Source of the DNA: Leptospirales bacterium
GTDB lineage: Bacteria; Spirochaetota; Leptospiria; Turneriellales; JAOUFE01
Assembly (NCBI GenBank): GCA_040326155.1
Contig: JBEQLE010000004.1
Span: forward strand, 1-64,000
DNA: 64,000 nucleotides
Direction of reading: 5' to 3'
The position numbers and the translations under genes were made by a program. This document shows, in pieces, positions 8,790 through 19,335 of the stretch; position 1 is the stretch's first letter, and every line of letters begins with the position of its first letter. The notes beneath the pieces were generated by a model. It saw nothing but the letters and a program-made list of their open reading frames with translations, had not been told where the DNA came from and made no database searches.

Positions 8790-10550
8790 TTACACTTGTT
8801 TTCCATCTTCATCAAAATTTTTATCATGAAATAGCTTAAAAAACAGATAATACAAAATTCCAATGCCTGTCAGAGTAATTACCCAACCTGTGGTCGTGTC
8901 TCCAAAAAATATTTGGGATAGGCCGGTCAAAATGCCATAGGTTCCCACGAGAGAGAATATCCAATAGATGAGGTCTTTTTTAAAAGAGATCGGGTTTTCG
9001 CTGAAATGTTTCCAACCTGGTCCGCCGGTTCTGGTGCGACGACAAAAAGACTTCAGTACCTCTTCTTTTTCAGGAGAAGTAGCATAAGTTACGCTCAGCC
9101 AGATAACCGTTGTAAATGCGGTTGTAAAAAGGAGGTGGTGACCAAAGTTATCGAGACTTAAAAAGGGAATTGTTTCGTTAATTACGCTGACGGGTACAAA
9201 AAATGGCAACACAACAGGTATAATAACACCAATTAACGCGGCAACCATGGCTGAAATTTCAGACCAGGCATTAATGCGCCACCAGTACCATCGAAGCAGG
9301 TAGACCGGGCCTGTGCCTGCCCCTATTGCAAAAACAATTTTCCATGCCCCCTGAATGGAAGTCATATTTGTAGCTACCGGATACGTAAGCGCCAATAGTC
9401 CGAAAGTAATAATACGCGATGCAAGTACATACTGCTTATCTGATGCATCTTTTTTTATAAACCGTTTATATACATCAGAAACCAGGTACGAAGCGCCCCA
9501 GTTAATCTGGGTAGACAGGGTCGACATAAAAGCAGCCAGAAAAGAGACGCTCATTAAACCAAATAGTCCGGGCGGTAGCAGCTTTACCATCATTTGCGGG
9601 TAACCAAGCTCTGGGTCCGTTCCACCTTTAAAATAGACCATCGCGCCAATAGCTACAATAATCCAGGGCCAGGGCCGAACGGCGTAATGTAAAATATTAA
9701 ACAGAAAAGCCGACAGAGTTGCGTCCTTGCTAGACTTCGCTGAGAGCATACGCTGAGCGATGTACCCTCCCCCTCCAGGTTCTGCTCCGGGGTACCAGCT
9801 AGACCACCATTGAACGAAAAGCCATGCAAAGGCAGTCACCGTTATAGTGTCGAGGGACAACGGATTCACGCTTAAGTTTTGCTCCGGATACCCGGCATCG
9901 AGGTAAGCGCTTTTAAGACCCGCAAGTCCTCCAAAATCCTGAACAGTATATACAGCTAAAAGAATAGAGCCGAATATAGCTATAAAAAATTGTATAAAAT
10001 CGGCAATGACCACTCCCCAAAGTCCCGAGACAACAAGGTATAAACCAGTTATTGCGTATAAAACCAGTATTATGTACTCCTGCGACCAGTCAGGGTAGAC
10101 GACTCCTATAATTTTCGACATTCCCAGGGTGACCCAACCCATAATTAAAATATTCAGAGGAATTGCCAGGTAAATAGCCCGAAAACCGCGTAAAAAAACA
10201 GCGGAGCGCCCGGAATACCTGATTTCGGCAAATTCTGCGTCAGTAAAAACACCAGCCTGCCGCCAGAGACGGGCATATAAAAAAACGGTTAAAAAACCGG
10301 ACATGGCGAGTCCCCACCAGAACCAGTTGCCGGCGATTCCATATTTGGCGATTAGACCGGTTACGGCCATAGGGGTATCTGCGGCAAAGGTCGTTGCAAC
10401 CATGGAGATACCGGCTATCCACCAGGGCAGCTTTCTACCAGATAAAAAGTACTCTTCCATTCCTTTGGACGAACGAGAGTAGTATCGAACACCTACGCCG
10501 ATGATGACTACAAAATATAGGGCAATTACAATAATATCGAGTGTTTGCAT
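8790..10550 (-). CDS. Sodium:solute symporter family protein (probable start 10550, MQTLD)
   Basis: EYFLSGRKLPWW, SMVATTFAADTP, QRMLSA, AAFMSTLST; many TM segments. Confidence 0.92.
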   Translation of the reverse strand: MQTLDIIVIALYFVVIIGVGVRYYSRSSKGMEEYFLSGRKLPWWIAGISMVATTFAADTPMAVTGLIAKYGIAGNWFWWGLAMSGFLTVFLYARLWRQAGVFTDAEFAEIRYSGRSAVFLRGFRAIYLAIPLNILIMGWVTLGMSKIIGVVYPDWSQEYIILVLYAITGLYLVVSGLWGVVIADFIQFFIAIFGSILLAVYTVQDFGGLAGLKSAYLDAGYPEQNLSVNPLSLDTITVTAFAWLFVQWWSSWYPGAEPGGGGYIAQRMLSAKSSKDATLSAFLFNILHYAVRPWPWIIVAIGAMVYFKGGTDPELGYPQMMVKLLPPGLFGLMSVSFLAAFMSTLSTQINWGASYLVSDVYKRFIKKDASDKQYVLASRIITFGLLALTYPVATNMTSIQGAWKIVFAIGAGTGPVYLLRWYWWRINAWSEISAMVAALIGVIIPVVLPFFVPVSVINETIPFLSLDNFGHHLLFTTAFTTVIWLSVTYATSPEKEEVLKSFCRRTRTGGPGWKHFSENPISFKKDLIYWIFSLVGTYGILTGLSQIFFGDTTTGWVITLTGIGILYYLFFKLFHDKNFDEDGKQV

Positions 10551-10704
10551 GTGTCTATTCCTGATGTGAACCTGGAACCATTTAAATTGCCAGGCCAAAT
10601 TCGATACTACTAAATATGATTCTACTGCGTCAACTGTGAATAATTTTTGAATATGGTTTACACCCTGTTCAACGGTTTGAAATTTACATTCACGAACCAT
10701 TTTT

Positions 10705-11211
10705 ATGAAATACCATCTATTCTGGAATTCACATAAACCTTTTGAGCGCGACAAAGAGGATGTACTAAAAAAAAGAATTGACCTTACGCTTCAAAATGGT
10801 TACTTTCATACCGTTGTAAATAAAGAAAGTTTGAACTGGAAACAATTGGAGATAAATATAATTTTTACAGATGACCGTGAAATTACTGAGCTGAATGAGA
10901 AGTTTCGCAATAAGAATAAACCTACCGACATTTTAACTTTTCCTTTTGAATTGCCCGAAAATAAAATGGACCACCCTGACACAGGCGAGTTATATATTTC
11001 ATTGGACACAGCAAAAAAAAATAGCGTTATGCATAAAAACTCTTTGCTTGATGAGATCTCGCTGTTATTTATTCACGGACTTCTACACGCTTTTCACTTT
11101 GATCATGAAGTAAACGAAGAAGAAAAAACTATTATGGAAACACACGAAAAAACACTGCTGAGTCAAACAAACCTGGAACACATTATTCCTTTAACAAGTT
11201 ATGGATCGTGA
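10705..11211 (+). CDS. ybeY: rRNA maturation endoribonuclease YbeY
   Basis: LN..FRNKNKPTDILTF, HGLLHAFHFDH metal motif. Confidence 0.93.
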   Translation: MKYHLFWNSHKPFERDKEDVLKKRIDLTLQNGYFHTVVNKESLNWKQLEINIIFTDDREITELNEKFRNKNKPTDILTFPFELPENKMDHPDTGELYISLDTAKKNSVMHKNSLLDEISLLFIHGLLHAFHFDHEVNEEEKTIMETHEKTLLSQTNLEHIIPLTSYGS

Positions 11212-12055
11212 TATAATTGCCACTAATACAGACGAACCAGCTTCGAGTAAAGTTAAGTCGCTGTTAAGCCAGATCTTTACTCGAAATGATTCTGTTCGAG
11301 AAGAATTGGTCGACTTTTTTGAAGATCTGGCAATTCCTGTAAGAAATGACCAGATTCAGATGATACTTGGTGTTATTCGGATGTTGAAATTTACAGCCGA
11401 TAAAATTAAAATTCCAATGGCTAACATTGTAGCTGTTCCTGAAGATTCCGATTTAAAAGAGACCACCGCTATGATTATTAAAAGCGGGCACTCGCGAATT
11501 CCCGTGTACAAAGAAGAACAAAAACAGAAAAATTTTACCGGTCTTCTCTATGCAAAAGATCTTTTAAAATCGCTTCATAGTCGAAAGAAATCTTTTCGTA
11601 TTTCCGATTATATGCGGCCTGTTAAAGTTATACCCGAGACCCAGAGTCTACTCTCTTTGCTGCAAGATATGCGCCTGAAAAGGCAACATATGATGCTTAC
11701 GGCAAATGAATTTGGAGAGATTACCGGGTTAATTACGATGGAAGATATTCTCGAAGAAATTGTAGGCGAAATTAAAGATGAATACGACAGTCTGGCGCTG
11801 CCAATTAAAGAAGTTGGTCACCACCTGTTTAACGTTGATGGTTCTATTAACTTGACCGACTTAAACAAAGAACTGATGCTGAATCTGCCCGAAGAAAAAT
11901 TTAACACTCTGGCCGGGTTCTTGTTGCATGAACTAAAAGGGAAAATTTCCGATCAAAAAGAAGTTGTGTATGGCAACGTGACCTTGAAAATTGTCGAGTT
12001 CGAAGCCAGACAGATTAAAAAAGTTCAAATATTTATACCGCCTTCTAAAATTTAA
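11201..12055 (+). CDS. CBS/CorC-HlyC domain protein
   Basis: GHSRIPVY, GLITMEDILEEIVGEIKDEYD, NTLAGF. Confidence 0.9.
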   Translation: MDRDIIATNTDEPASSKVKSLLSQIFTRNDSVREELVDFFEDLAIPVRNDQIQMILGVIRMLKFTADKIKIPMANIVAVPEDSDLKETTAMIIKSGHSRIPVYKEEQKQKNFTGLLYAKDLLKSLHSRKKSFRISDYMRPVKVIPETQSLLSLLQDMRLKRQHMMLTANEFGEITGLITMEDILEEIVGEIKDEYDSLALPIKEVGHHLFNVDGSINLTDLNKELMLNLPEEKFNTLAGFLLHELKGKISDQKEVVYGNVTLKIVEFEARQIKKVQIFIPPSKI

Positions 12056-12068
12056 TCCTGGTTTTAAA

Positions 12069-12740
12069 ATGCAAAATATTCTCTATTTTCGTAAAGAGAT
12101 TTCAGGTGCAACCTTACTTGTCGGGGGCCTGGGTGAAGACGGAAATTTAAGAAAATATAAATTCCCAGGTATCTTAAAATCTAAAAAAAGAAGTTCCTTA
12201 TTTCTTGTCCCCGGTACTATCTGGGACTTTACCGTAACAGGAAATTTGCAAGAGTTTATAATACCAAAAGAATTTAATCTTCAACTCGCCCCGTTTGACG
12301 CTGAAGCTGCTTACCAGGAATTACTACCCCTGGGCTTTTTAATGAAACCCCTGGCCAGCCTGAAAGCTTCCCATCTGAACCAACCTCTTTTTATGGAGCT
12401 CCGTAAAATTCTATCGAAATGGCAGGGTCTGAATGAGTTTAAAAAAGATTATGTTCTAAATCGGTTTTACCTGCGTTTTCTGGATATTATGGGGCTACTG
12501 CACTACTCTGAGAATTGCGTTGATTGCAACAATACGGTTCACCGGCAAACTCCCTATCTTTTAAACGAAGGAAGCTTATGCCAACTATGTATAAAAAAAG
12601 TTTCCACTTACCGTGAACTTACTCTGCCGGGCGAATGGGTAAATACCTATTACCGTTCTTACCAGGATAATTATAAAAAAGACACCGAGTCCAAACTCTA
12701 CCGCGAAAATATACTGAAATTTGTAAACCTGAACATTTAA
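12069..12740 (+). CDS. recO: DNA repair protein RecO, divergent
   Basis: CVDC...LCQLC zinc motif; synteny after ybeY-corC. Confidence 0.6.
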   Translation: MQNILYFRKEISGATLLVGGLGEDGNLRKYKFPGILKSKKRSSLFLVPGTIWDFTVTGNLQEFIIPKEFNLQLAPFDAEAAYQELLPLGFLMKPLASLKASHLNQPLFMELRKILSKWQGLNEFKKDYVLNRFYLRFLDIMGLLHYSENCVDCNNTVHRQTPYLLNEGSLCQLCIKKVSTYRELTLPGEWVNTYYRSYQDNYKKDTESKLYRENILKFVNLNI

Positions 12741-12755
12741 ACTGCCCCAGAGCGT

Positions 12756-15089
12756 TTACATGGAGTACCGGAGACCAAAAAGAAGTTCGATACCCGGTTG
12801 AGGATGATAAGGCGGAATAAATCCATTCGGGTTTTGTATGGATGATTGTTGTGAATTCACCGGTCTAACCCCGTCAGCGCTTTGCCGGCCCATGGTCGCA
12901 TACTTCGTGTTAAATAAATTCTTAATAACAATTTGCGGCTCTATCTGTGTATTCTTAAAAATATTTTTACCTGTCAACGTCAAATTAAACACAAAAAATT
13001 CTTCCAGATACCCATCCGGGTTTTTTTCCGTCACATAATTATAACCTACGTCTGAAATAGTCTGGGCTGTTTTCGGGTAATAATATAACGCCGTCCTGGG
13101 AGCTTTGGTCTGTCCATACCATATGCCGGTAAAATTAATATTCAATTTTTCGAAGAAAAAATAATTCACTCCCATAAAAACCTTATGAGACGGCATGCCA
13201 TAGATTTCATATGCAAGATCTTTTCCTATTGTATAGGTATAATGGCCAAACAGCCTGAAATTCTTGAAAATTTCAAAATCGACGCCTGCACTTACTCCCG
13301 AATAATTTGTTTTACCTGTGTTCTGGTATATATTTGTTTTTGCGGATGATACATTTGGGTTCGGCACAACTGTAATTAGATTTTCCAATCTACTATGAAA
13401 TATATTTACTTTAAAAAGCATAGTCTGGGTTATATAAAAATTCACCTCTGTTTCAGCAGTGCGAATTTTTTCCGGTTCCAGACGGGTATTTCCTCTCCAC
13501 TCATCGTATAACTCAAATGCGCTGGGCGCTTTGAACGCTTCTCCATATAAAAATTTCATACCGATCATTTTATTTGGGACGGCCACAAAAGAAGCCCGAG
13601 GGTTAATCGAATAACCATAATCGGTGTTATAGTCGAATCTTCCGCCACCGGTTAAGATATAATTTTCCGAAAACTTGTGTTCATCCTGAAGAAAAACACC
13701 TGCTTCGTATGAATAGTAGACCGGTGTTACACTTTGCTTTTCGTCCGAATATGTAGAAGAAACGATCGATGAGTCCGTACTCTGGCCCTGACCAAGCCCT
13801 ATTCCGTAATATTGTTGCACGTTTCGTTCCAGCAGAAAACCGGTAATCAGCTCATTATCTTCAGAAATTGCTATGTCGAACTGCTGTTCAAGCCCAATAG
13901 AAGAACCTTCGCCATGATAGTTTTTCTTCTTGTTTTTGGTACGGTTGGTCCCATCATCAACACTTTGGTATTTATATGTATAAACAAACCGTGTTCCGGG
14001 TAAAATAGCAGAACCTCTGTAGATTAGTCTGGTTTTTGAGGAAAATTCGCTTGTAAAATCAAGAGTCTGCTGGGTGTATATAGTATATCCCATATGCTGT
14101 GCTCGAAAAGGTATATTCGGGGATGCCGCAAAATATTCATACCCAACGACCTCGCTACCGAGTCCTTCTTCTCTGAGCCACCAGTTCCAACCGACCTCAA
14201 AATTATCTGCTACATATTTACCTCTAATATAATAATCGTTCAAACCGGTATCAAAACCATTTGGCAGGCGTATGGCAGAACCATCCGGGTTTTGATTCAC
14301 CATGTCACCATACTCTGTTGTTGTTACCGTCTCCGGTTCATAATTCTTATGGAAATAATTACCTGGGTCGTAGCGACCAAGACCTCTGTCCCCCTCACTG
14401 TAATACCAGCGCCCGGTCAGCCATAAGGCATTATTACTGCCCCACGTATAACCGATTAGAATTTCGGGAGAAAATGTATTATAAAGCCCATAGTAAATTG
14501 CGGTGTCTAAAACGAGACCATTCTCTCTGCCTGAAAAAATAGAAGACGATGAGCGGGTTATAATATTAACAATGCCTGCATACGCGTCCGCTCCATATAA
14601 CGTAGAGCCCGGTCCGCTAATAATTTCTACTCTTGCAACATCTAAAAAGGCAAAGTTATAACCAAGGTTTTGCGCCCAGTGACTGGAAATTTCATTTTGT
14701 TCGATACCATCAACAAGAATAAGAAGTTTGGTTTGACCGACATCGCCCATTCCCCTGACCATAATATGCGTAGGGTACTCACCGGAAGGTTGCCCGCTGG
14801 CGACATGAAACCCAGGAAGATCGTTCAACAATTCCGATAAATTTCGATATCCTCTGTTTTTAATTTTTTCGCGATCGACGACAATAATATTTGCTGGAGC
14901 CAACATAATTTGTTGAGGCTTTTTGGAGGCTGATACAACTTTAACTTTAAGCAGGTCTTCAATACTGGGGTTTTCATTCAGAAGTTTTTCCAACTCCTCG
15001 TCTTGAGAATTTTGAGCTGCAAGATTCTGAACACAAAGTAACATAATAAATAATATAGCTATCTTATTAACCAATCTCATAATTTTCAT
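12756..15089 (-). CDS. TonB-dependent receptor (YfiR-associated type)
   Basis: Signal peptide; VVSASKKPQ; plug RVEIISGPGSTLYG; LEPEKIRT; beta-barrel. Confidence 0.93.
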   Translation of the reverse strand: MKIMRLVNKIAILFIMLLCVQNLAAQNSQDEELEKLLNENPSIEDLLKVKVVSASKKPQQIMLAPANIIVVDREKIKNRGYRNLSELLNDLPGFHVASGQPSGEYPTHIMVRGMGDVGQTKLLILVDGIEQNEISSHWAQNLGYNFAFLDVARVEIISGPGSTLYGADAYAGIVNIITRSSSSIFSGRENGLVLDTAIYYGLYNTFSPEILIGYTWGSNNALWLTGRWYYSEGDRGLGRYDPGNYFHKNYEPETVTTTEYGDMVNQNPDGSAIRLPNGFDTGLNDYYIRGKYVADNFEVGWNWWLREEGLGSEVVGYEYFAASPNIPFRAQHMGYTIYTQQTLDFTSEFSSKTRLIYRGSAILPGTRFVYTYKYQSVDDGTNRTKNKKKNYHGEGSSIGLEQQFDIAISEDNELITGFLLERNVQQYYGIGLGQGQSTDSSIVSSTYSDEKQSVTPVYYSYEAGVFLQDEHKFSENYILTGGGRFDYNTDYGYSINPRASFVAVPNKMIGMKFLYGEAFKAPSAFELYDEWRGNTRLEPEKIRTAETEVNFYITQTMLFKVNIFHSRLENLITVVPNPNVSSAKTNIYQNTGKTNYSGVSAGVDFEIFKNFRLFGHYTYTIGKDLAYEIYGMPSHKVFMGVNYFFFEKLNINFTGIWYGQTKAPRTALYYYPKTAQTISDVGYNYVTEKNPDGYLEEFFVFNLTLTGKNIFKNTQIEPQIVIKNLFNTKYATMGRQSADGVRPVNSQQSSIQNPNGFIPPYHPQPGIELLFGLRYSM

Positions 15090-15625
15090 TCTCCATAAAC
15101 CTCTACAGCAAGTCTCAATAAACGCGAACTGATATATAAATTATTCTTCTTAAAAGACTCTAAATTAATTTCAAACCCGATTTTATTACCTACCAGTACA
15201 AAGTTAATGGCAGATCCTTTTTTTGCCATACCGTTTTTTTCCGTAATTACAACAATATGCTTATTTTCTAATGCGTTTAAAATTGTCGGCAGCATGTCCG
15301 AATGTTCTTTCGGAATAAAAAGTATATGTACTGCGCTGAGTTTTTCCACTTTTTCAACGGTATTTACAACGAGTTTTTGCCCTGGCTCCGATTTCTCACT
15401 TGCAATAATCTGCAATGGTTTGGTAATTTCACTATGGCCCCAGACTGCAATTACCAGTGGGTCCACCTGTACGCTACTCGGCCATTCGATAAATTTAGTA
15501 AATTGGTAAATAAAATAGGCTTTTACATTTGTTTCTTCTAAAGAGAAAATAGCTTTAGGCGGTAACAGTAAAGAGACAAAAGTGATTCCAACGAATAAGC
15601 TGATTTTAAATATTTGTTTCGACAT
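15086..15625 (-). CDS. YfiR family (DUF4154) periplasmic protein
   Basis: VKAYFIYQFTKFIEWP, GFEINL, ISSRLLRLA. Confidence 0.92.
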   Translation of the reverse strand: MSKQIFKISLFVGITFVSLLLPPKAIFSLEETNVKAYFIYQFTKFIEWPSSVQVDPLVIAVWGHSEITKPLQIIASEKSEPGQKLVVNTVEKVEKLSAVHILFIPKEHSDMLPTILNALENKHIVVITEKNGMAKKGSAINFVLVGNKIGFEINLESFKKNNLYISSRLLRLAVEVYGE

Positions 15626-15723
15626 CTTTTCTTTTTTTCTTATAATATTGTTGCGAACGAGCAAGCGAACAAATAATTATTCATTTCTTTCTCATTCGGT
15701 CAACGTTAATTTGACTTTACTGT

Positions 15724-18042
15724 ATGAGTATCGAACCAAATGATATGAACGTGCTATTGGACAAATATCAAAAATGGATGAACAATAAATCGCTCCGCGT
15801 GAAATATACTCTGGGTCTTGTAGCTACTTCCGTTCTGGTATTGTTGATATCAGGGATAAGTTTTCTAGTCCTTTTTTTTATAACTTCAAAAAATGTCTAT
15901 CTATCTACAACAAATTCAAGTGCTCACTCCTTAATCTCGAATATCGCTCCCGCAGTTATGTTTAACGACAAACAAGCTGCGGAAGAAACCCTGCAATCGG
16001 CAATAGAGCATCACCCCTTTATTCGCGGGGGTTGCGTAATAATATCGTCAGGCAACTCGCAAGAAGAAGTCTTTGCAGCATACTTTAAAATCGGAAAGAA
16101 TAAACTCTCTTGTGAAAATACAGACCTGAATTCCGGGAATAATAGTTCATATACTATTATTCGGTCTAAACTTGATACCAGAGACGATATTGGCGACCTG
16201 ATTATCTTTGCGGATTTTTCGCAATTAAGAGATACCCTGTGGCTTTATATAGGCATATCCCTGATTATTTTTGGAATTTCTATTATTATATCGATAGCGC
16301 TGGCGAAATATATGAAAAAAATATTTCTAAACCCTATTCAGGACTTAATTAAGTTTGTACGGCGCGTGATCACTAATAATGAATATTCAGAAAAAATAAT
16401 AAAAATTAATGATGATGAAATCGGAGTGCTGACCGATGAGTTCAACCATATGATGAAGATGATTCATCAAAGAGAAAAAACTCTGCAAAAATACCAGAAT
16501 GAACTGGAAAACAAAGTAATAGAAAGAACCAAAGAGCTGCAAACTTCGAAAGAAAATGCAGAGAAAGCAAATGCCTTCAAATCTGACTTTTTGGCAAATA
16601 TGAGTCATGAAATTCGAACACCTATGAATGCAATTCTGGGTTTTACCCAGATTCTTTCTAAGAAAGATCAAAACATTGAAGATCAACATTATCTAGAAAC
16701 CATTTTGAAAAATGGAAAAACCCTGCTCGCTTTAATTAATGAGATTCTCGATCTTTCTAAAGTGGAAGCCGGGAAAATGAAAATAGAATATGAGCCGGGT
16801 TCTCTTATTGGCATTTTGTATGATATGAGCAGCACCTTTGATACGAAAATTACCGAAGGTATTCAAATGATAATTGAAGCGGATGATAATGTTCCTGAAT
16901 ATATATGGCTTGATGACACCCGCATTCGTCAAATTTTAATCAATTTAATTGGCAATGCTTTTAAATTCACGGAAAAAGGACATGTGAAAGTTCGTGCCCA
17001 ACTAGAAAGAAACAACGTAGATGAAACCGTAGATCTGTCCATTTCAGTTGAGGACACCGGTATCGGAATTCCGAAAAATATGCTGGAAACGATTTTTGAG
17101 TCCTTTACGCAAAAAGAGGGCCAGGACATTAATAAATACGGCGGTACCGGACTCGGCCTGGCAATTACCAGGCAACTCATTCAATTAATGAATGGGGAAA
17201 TCTCATTAACCAGTAAAGTGAACCATGGCAGCGTTTTTACTGTGCTCTTGCGAAATGTGAAAATTGCCTCTACGAAAGACATTGTGCCGGAAACCCCGGA
17301 TACACTTGCGCTCGATATTTACCAATGGAATGGCGAGAAAATTCTGGTGGTGGATGATATTGAAGCTAACCGAAGCATTATTCAGGCTTATTTTGCACAT
17401 ACAGATGTAGAGGTTTTGTTAGCCGAAAATGGAAAAGAAGCCATTGACATTGCTCTAGAAAAACAACCTAATTTTATTTTTATGGATATTAAAATGCCTG
17501 TTATGGATGGAAGAAGGGCTATTGAAATTTTATCAGAAAACCCTCAGACAGCAGATATTCCTATTGTAGTAATTACCGCTAGTTTAATGGACTCAGAGGT
17601 GGATGCGGTTCGAGAAAGCTGCGTTGAGGTATTAAGAAAACCTGTTGAACTAGACGCCGTAAAAGATATATTAGTTCAACATTTGAATATTAAACCAAAG
17701 CCATTAGAAGAAAATGAGAAAACATCTGACGTTGATAAAACGAGGAAATCGTCACCGGCGAAGAAAATCGACGGGCGCGAACTTCATCAATACCTGCTCC
17801 ATGAAATTTCTCCTTTGATTCAGGAAATTCAAAATGATTACGATCTGGTACAGTTGAAACAAATAATTACAAATCTGGATAATGAAGTTCATGTTGATAA
17901 TAAAATTTTCAACTCCTGGTTAAGCGACATACGGCAGGCTATGCACTCTTTTGACAATGATCGAATCGACAAATGTCTTCATTCCTACTTCGAAATCTTA
18001 GAGACGTTGTCCGGCTCGAAGTCGGAACCATCAAACCAATAG
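15724..18042 (+). CDS. Hybrid sensor histidine kinase (CHASE8-like sensor, HAMP, HisKA, HATPase, REC)
   Basis: APAVMFND..AAEETL; DEIGVL; FLANMSHEIRTPMNA; GGTGLGL; MDIKMPVMDG. Confidence 0.95.
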   Translation: MSIEPNDMNVLLDKYQKWMNNKSLRVKYTLGLVATSVLVLLISGISFLVLFFITSKNVYLSTTNSSAHSLISNIAPAVMFNDKQAAEETLQSAIEHHPFIRGGCVIISSGNSQEEVFAAYFKIGKNKLSCENTDLNSGNNSSYTIIRSKLDTRDDIGDLIIFADFSQLRDTLWLYIGISLIIFGISIIISIALAKYMKKIFLNPIQDLIKFVRRVITNNEYSEKIIKINDDEIGVLTDEFNHMMKMIHQREKTLQKYQNELENKVIERTKELQTSKENAEKANAFKSDFLANMSHEIRTPMNAILGFTQILSKKDQNIEDQHYLETILKNGKTLLALINEILDLSKVEAGKMKIEYEPGSLIGILYDMSSTFDTKITEGIQMIIEADDNVPEYIWLDDTRIRQILINLIGNAFKFTEKGHVKVRAQLERNNVDETVDLSISVEDTGIGIPKNMLETIFESFTQKEGQDINKYGGTGLGLAITRQLIQLMNGEISLTSKVNHGSVFTVLLRNVKIASTKDIVPETPDTLALDIYQWNGEKILVVDDIEANRSIIQAYFAHTDVEVLLAENGKEAIDIALEKQPNFIFMDIKMPVMDGRRAIEILSENPQTADIPIVVITASLMDSEVDAVRESCVEVLRKPVELDAVKDILVQHLNIKPKPLEENEKTSDVDKTRKSSPAKKIDGRELHQYLLHEISPLIQEIQNDYDLVQLKQIITNLDNEVHVDNKIFNSWLSDIRQAMHSFDNDRIDKCLHSYFEILETLSGSKSEPSNQ

Positions 18043-18085
18043 AAACTCTTTACATAGTATCTAATTTCACTTTTGTGTACAGGTT

Positions 18086-19273
18086 ATGAGCTCTTCTAAG
18101 AAGAAACCTATGATTTTAATTGTCGATGATACTTCGGCAAATATTGAAGTGTTAATGGGTATTCTTGGCGGGGGTGAATATAAAATATCCGCAGCGGTGA
18201 ATGGAAAAGAGGGCATTGAAATGGCCGAAAAACTTCTTCCCGATCTAATTTTGCTTGATGTTATGATGCCCGTGATGGATGGTTATACGGCGTGTCGTCA
18301 TCTGAAAAACAGTATAAATACAAAACATATTCCAGTCATATTTTTAACCGCTAAAATTCAACCGGAAGATATAACGAAAGGGTTCGAAGCGGGAGCGGTC
18401 GACTATATCGTTAAACCGTTTAATGAATCTGAATTGCTGGCGCGAATTGAAAATCATCTGGAACTAAAGCAAAACAGAGAAGAGCTTAAAGAGGAACGTA
18501 ACGAGCTAAGAATAATAAATAAAACTATTGAAGAAGATTTGAACATGGCAAGAAGTATTCAGGAGATGGCGATGCCTTCGCAGCCTCCCAATGCATCTAT
18601 CGCATTTCACTACGCTTCCATGGCCCAGGTGGGTGGAGATTTTTACACTTTTTTTGAATTGTCGGATGGAAAACTGGGGTTGTTTATCAGTGATGTCTCA
18701 GGACATGGAATCGCCGCAGCTTTTATTACTTTGCTGATTAAAAACACATTGCAGCATAATCAAAACCATCTTGATGATCCGGAAACATTAATGGGTGCCT
18801 TGAATGAAAACTTATACGGTCAAACTGCCGGTAATTTTTTTACGGCAATTTATGCCATTATAGACTTTAAAAACAGTGAAATAGAATATGTTACTGCCGG
18901 GCACAACCAACCCTATATTATTGGAGAAGAAATTGAAGAGTTAGGTTGCGATCATAAAAGCCTTCCTATGGGAATTGTAAATAATACATATTTAAAAAAG
19001 ATAAACAAATATTATAAATCTCAAAAATCCTTTCTGACAAAAGGGTCTCGACTTTTATTTTATACGGATGGTTTAACAGAAGCCATTCGTCTCAGTGAAA
19101 AAGATAACCCGGACGCTCTGGACTTTGAATCTTCAAATTTATTAGATACGCTACTTCAAAATCGAAACGAAAGTGCTGAAAAAATTGTTCACAATGTTAT
19201 GGAAGATTTAAAACAATTTCGAGAGACTGACCATTTTGATGATGATGTCTGTATTATCTGCGCAGAGATGTAG
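18086..19273 (+). CDS. Response regulator with PP2C/SpoIIE phosphatase output
   Basis: LLDVMMP, KPF; VGGDF, DVSGHG, YTDGL, DDVC. Confidence 0.95.
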   Translation: MSSSKKKPMILIVDDTSANIEVLMGILGGGEYKISAAVNGKEGIEMAEKLLPDLILLDVMMPVMDGYTACRHLKNSINTKHIPVIFLTAKIQPEDITKGFEAGAVDYIVKPFNESELLARIENHLELKQNREELKEERNELRIINKTIEEDLNMARSIQEMAMPSQPPNASIAFHYASMAQVGGDFYTFFELSDGKLGLFISDVSGHGIAAAFITLLIKNTLQHNQNHLDDPETLMGALNENLYGQTAGNFFTAIYAIIDFKNSEIEYVTAGHNQPYIIGEEIEELGCDHKSLPMGIVNNTYLKKINKYYKSQKSFLTKGSRLLFYTDGLTEAIRLSEKDNPDALDFESSNLLDTLLQNRNESAEKIVHNVMEDLKQFRETDHFDDDVCIICAEM

Positions 19274-19335
19274 AACTTATATCTTTTTCTATCCTTTTTC
19301 TATATACAGGGCAATTCGATTTCAGATGATCTTCC

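Noticed and set aside
10551..10754. N-terminal extension of the 654-aa symporter ORF
   Set aside because: Overlaps divergent ybeY; family-like sequence begins at MQTLD (10550)
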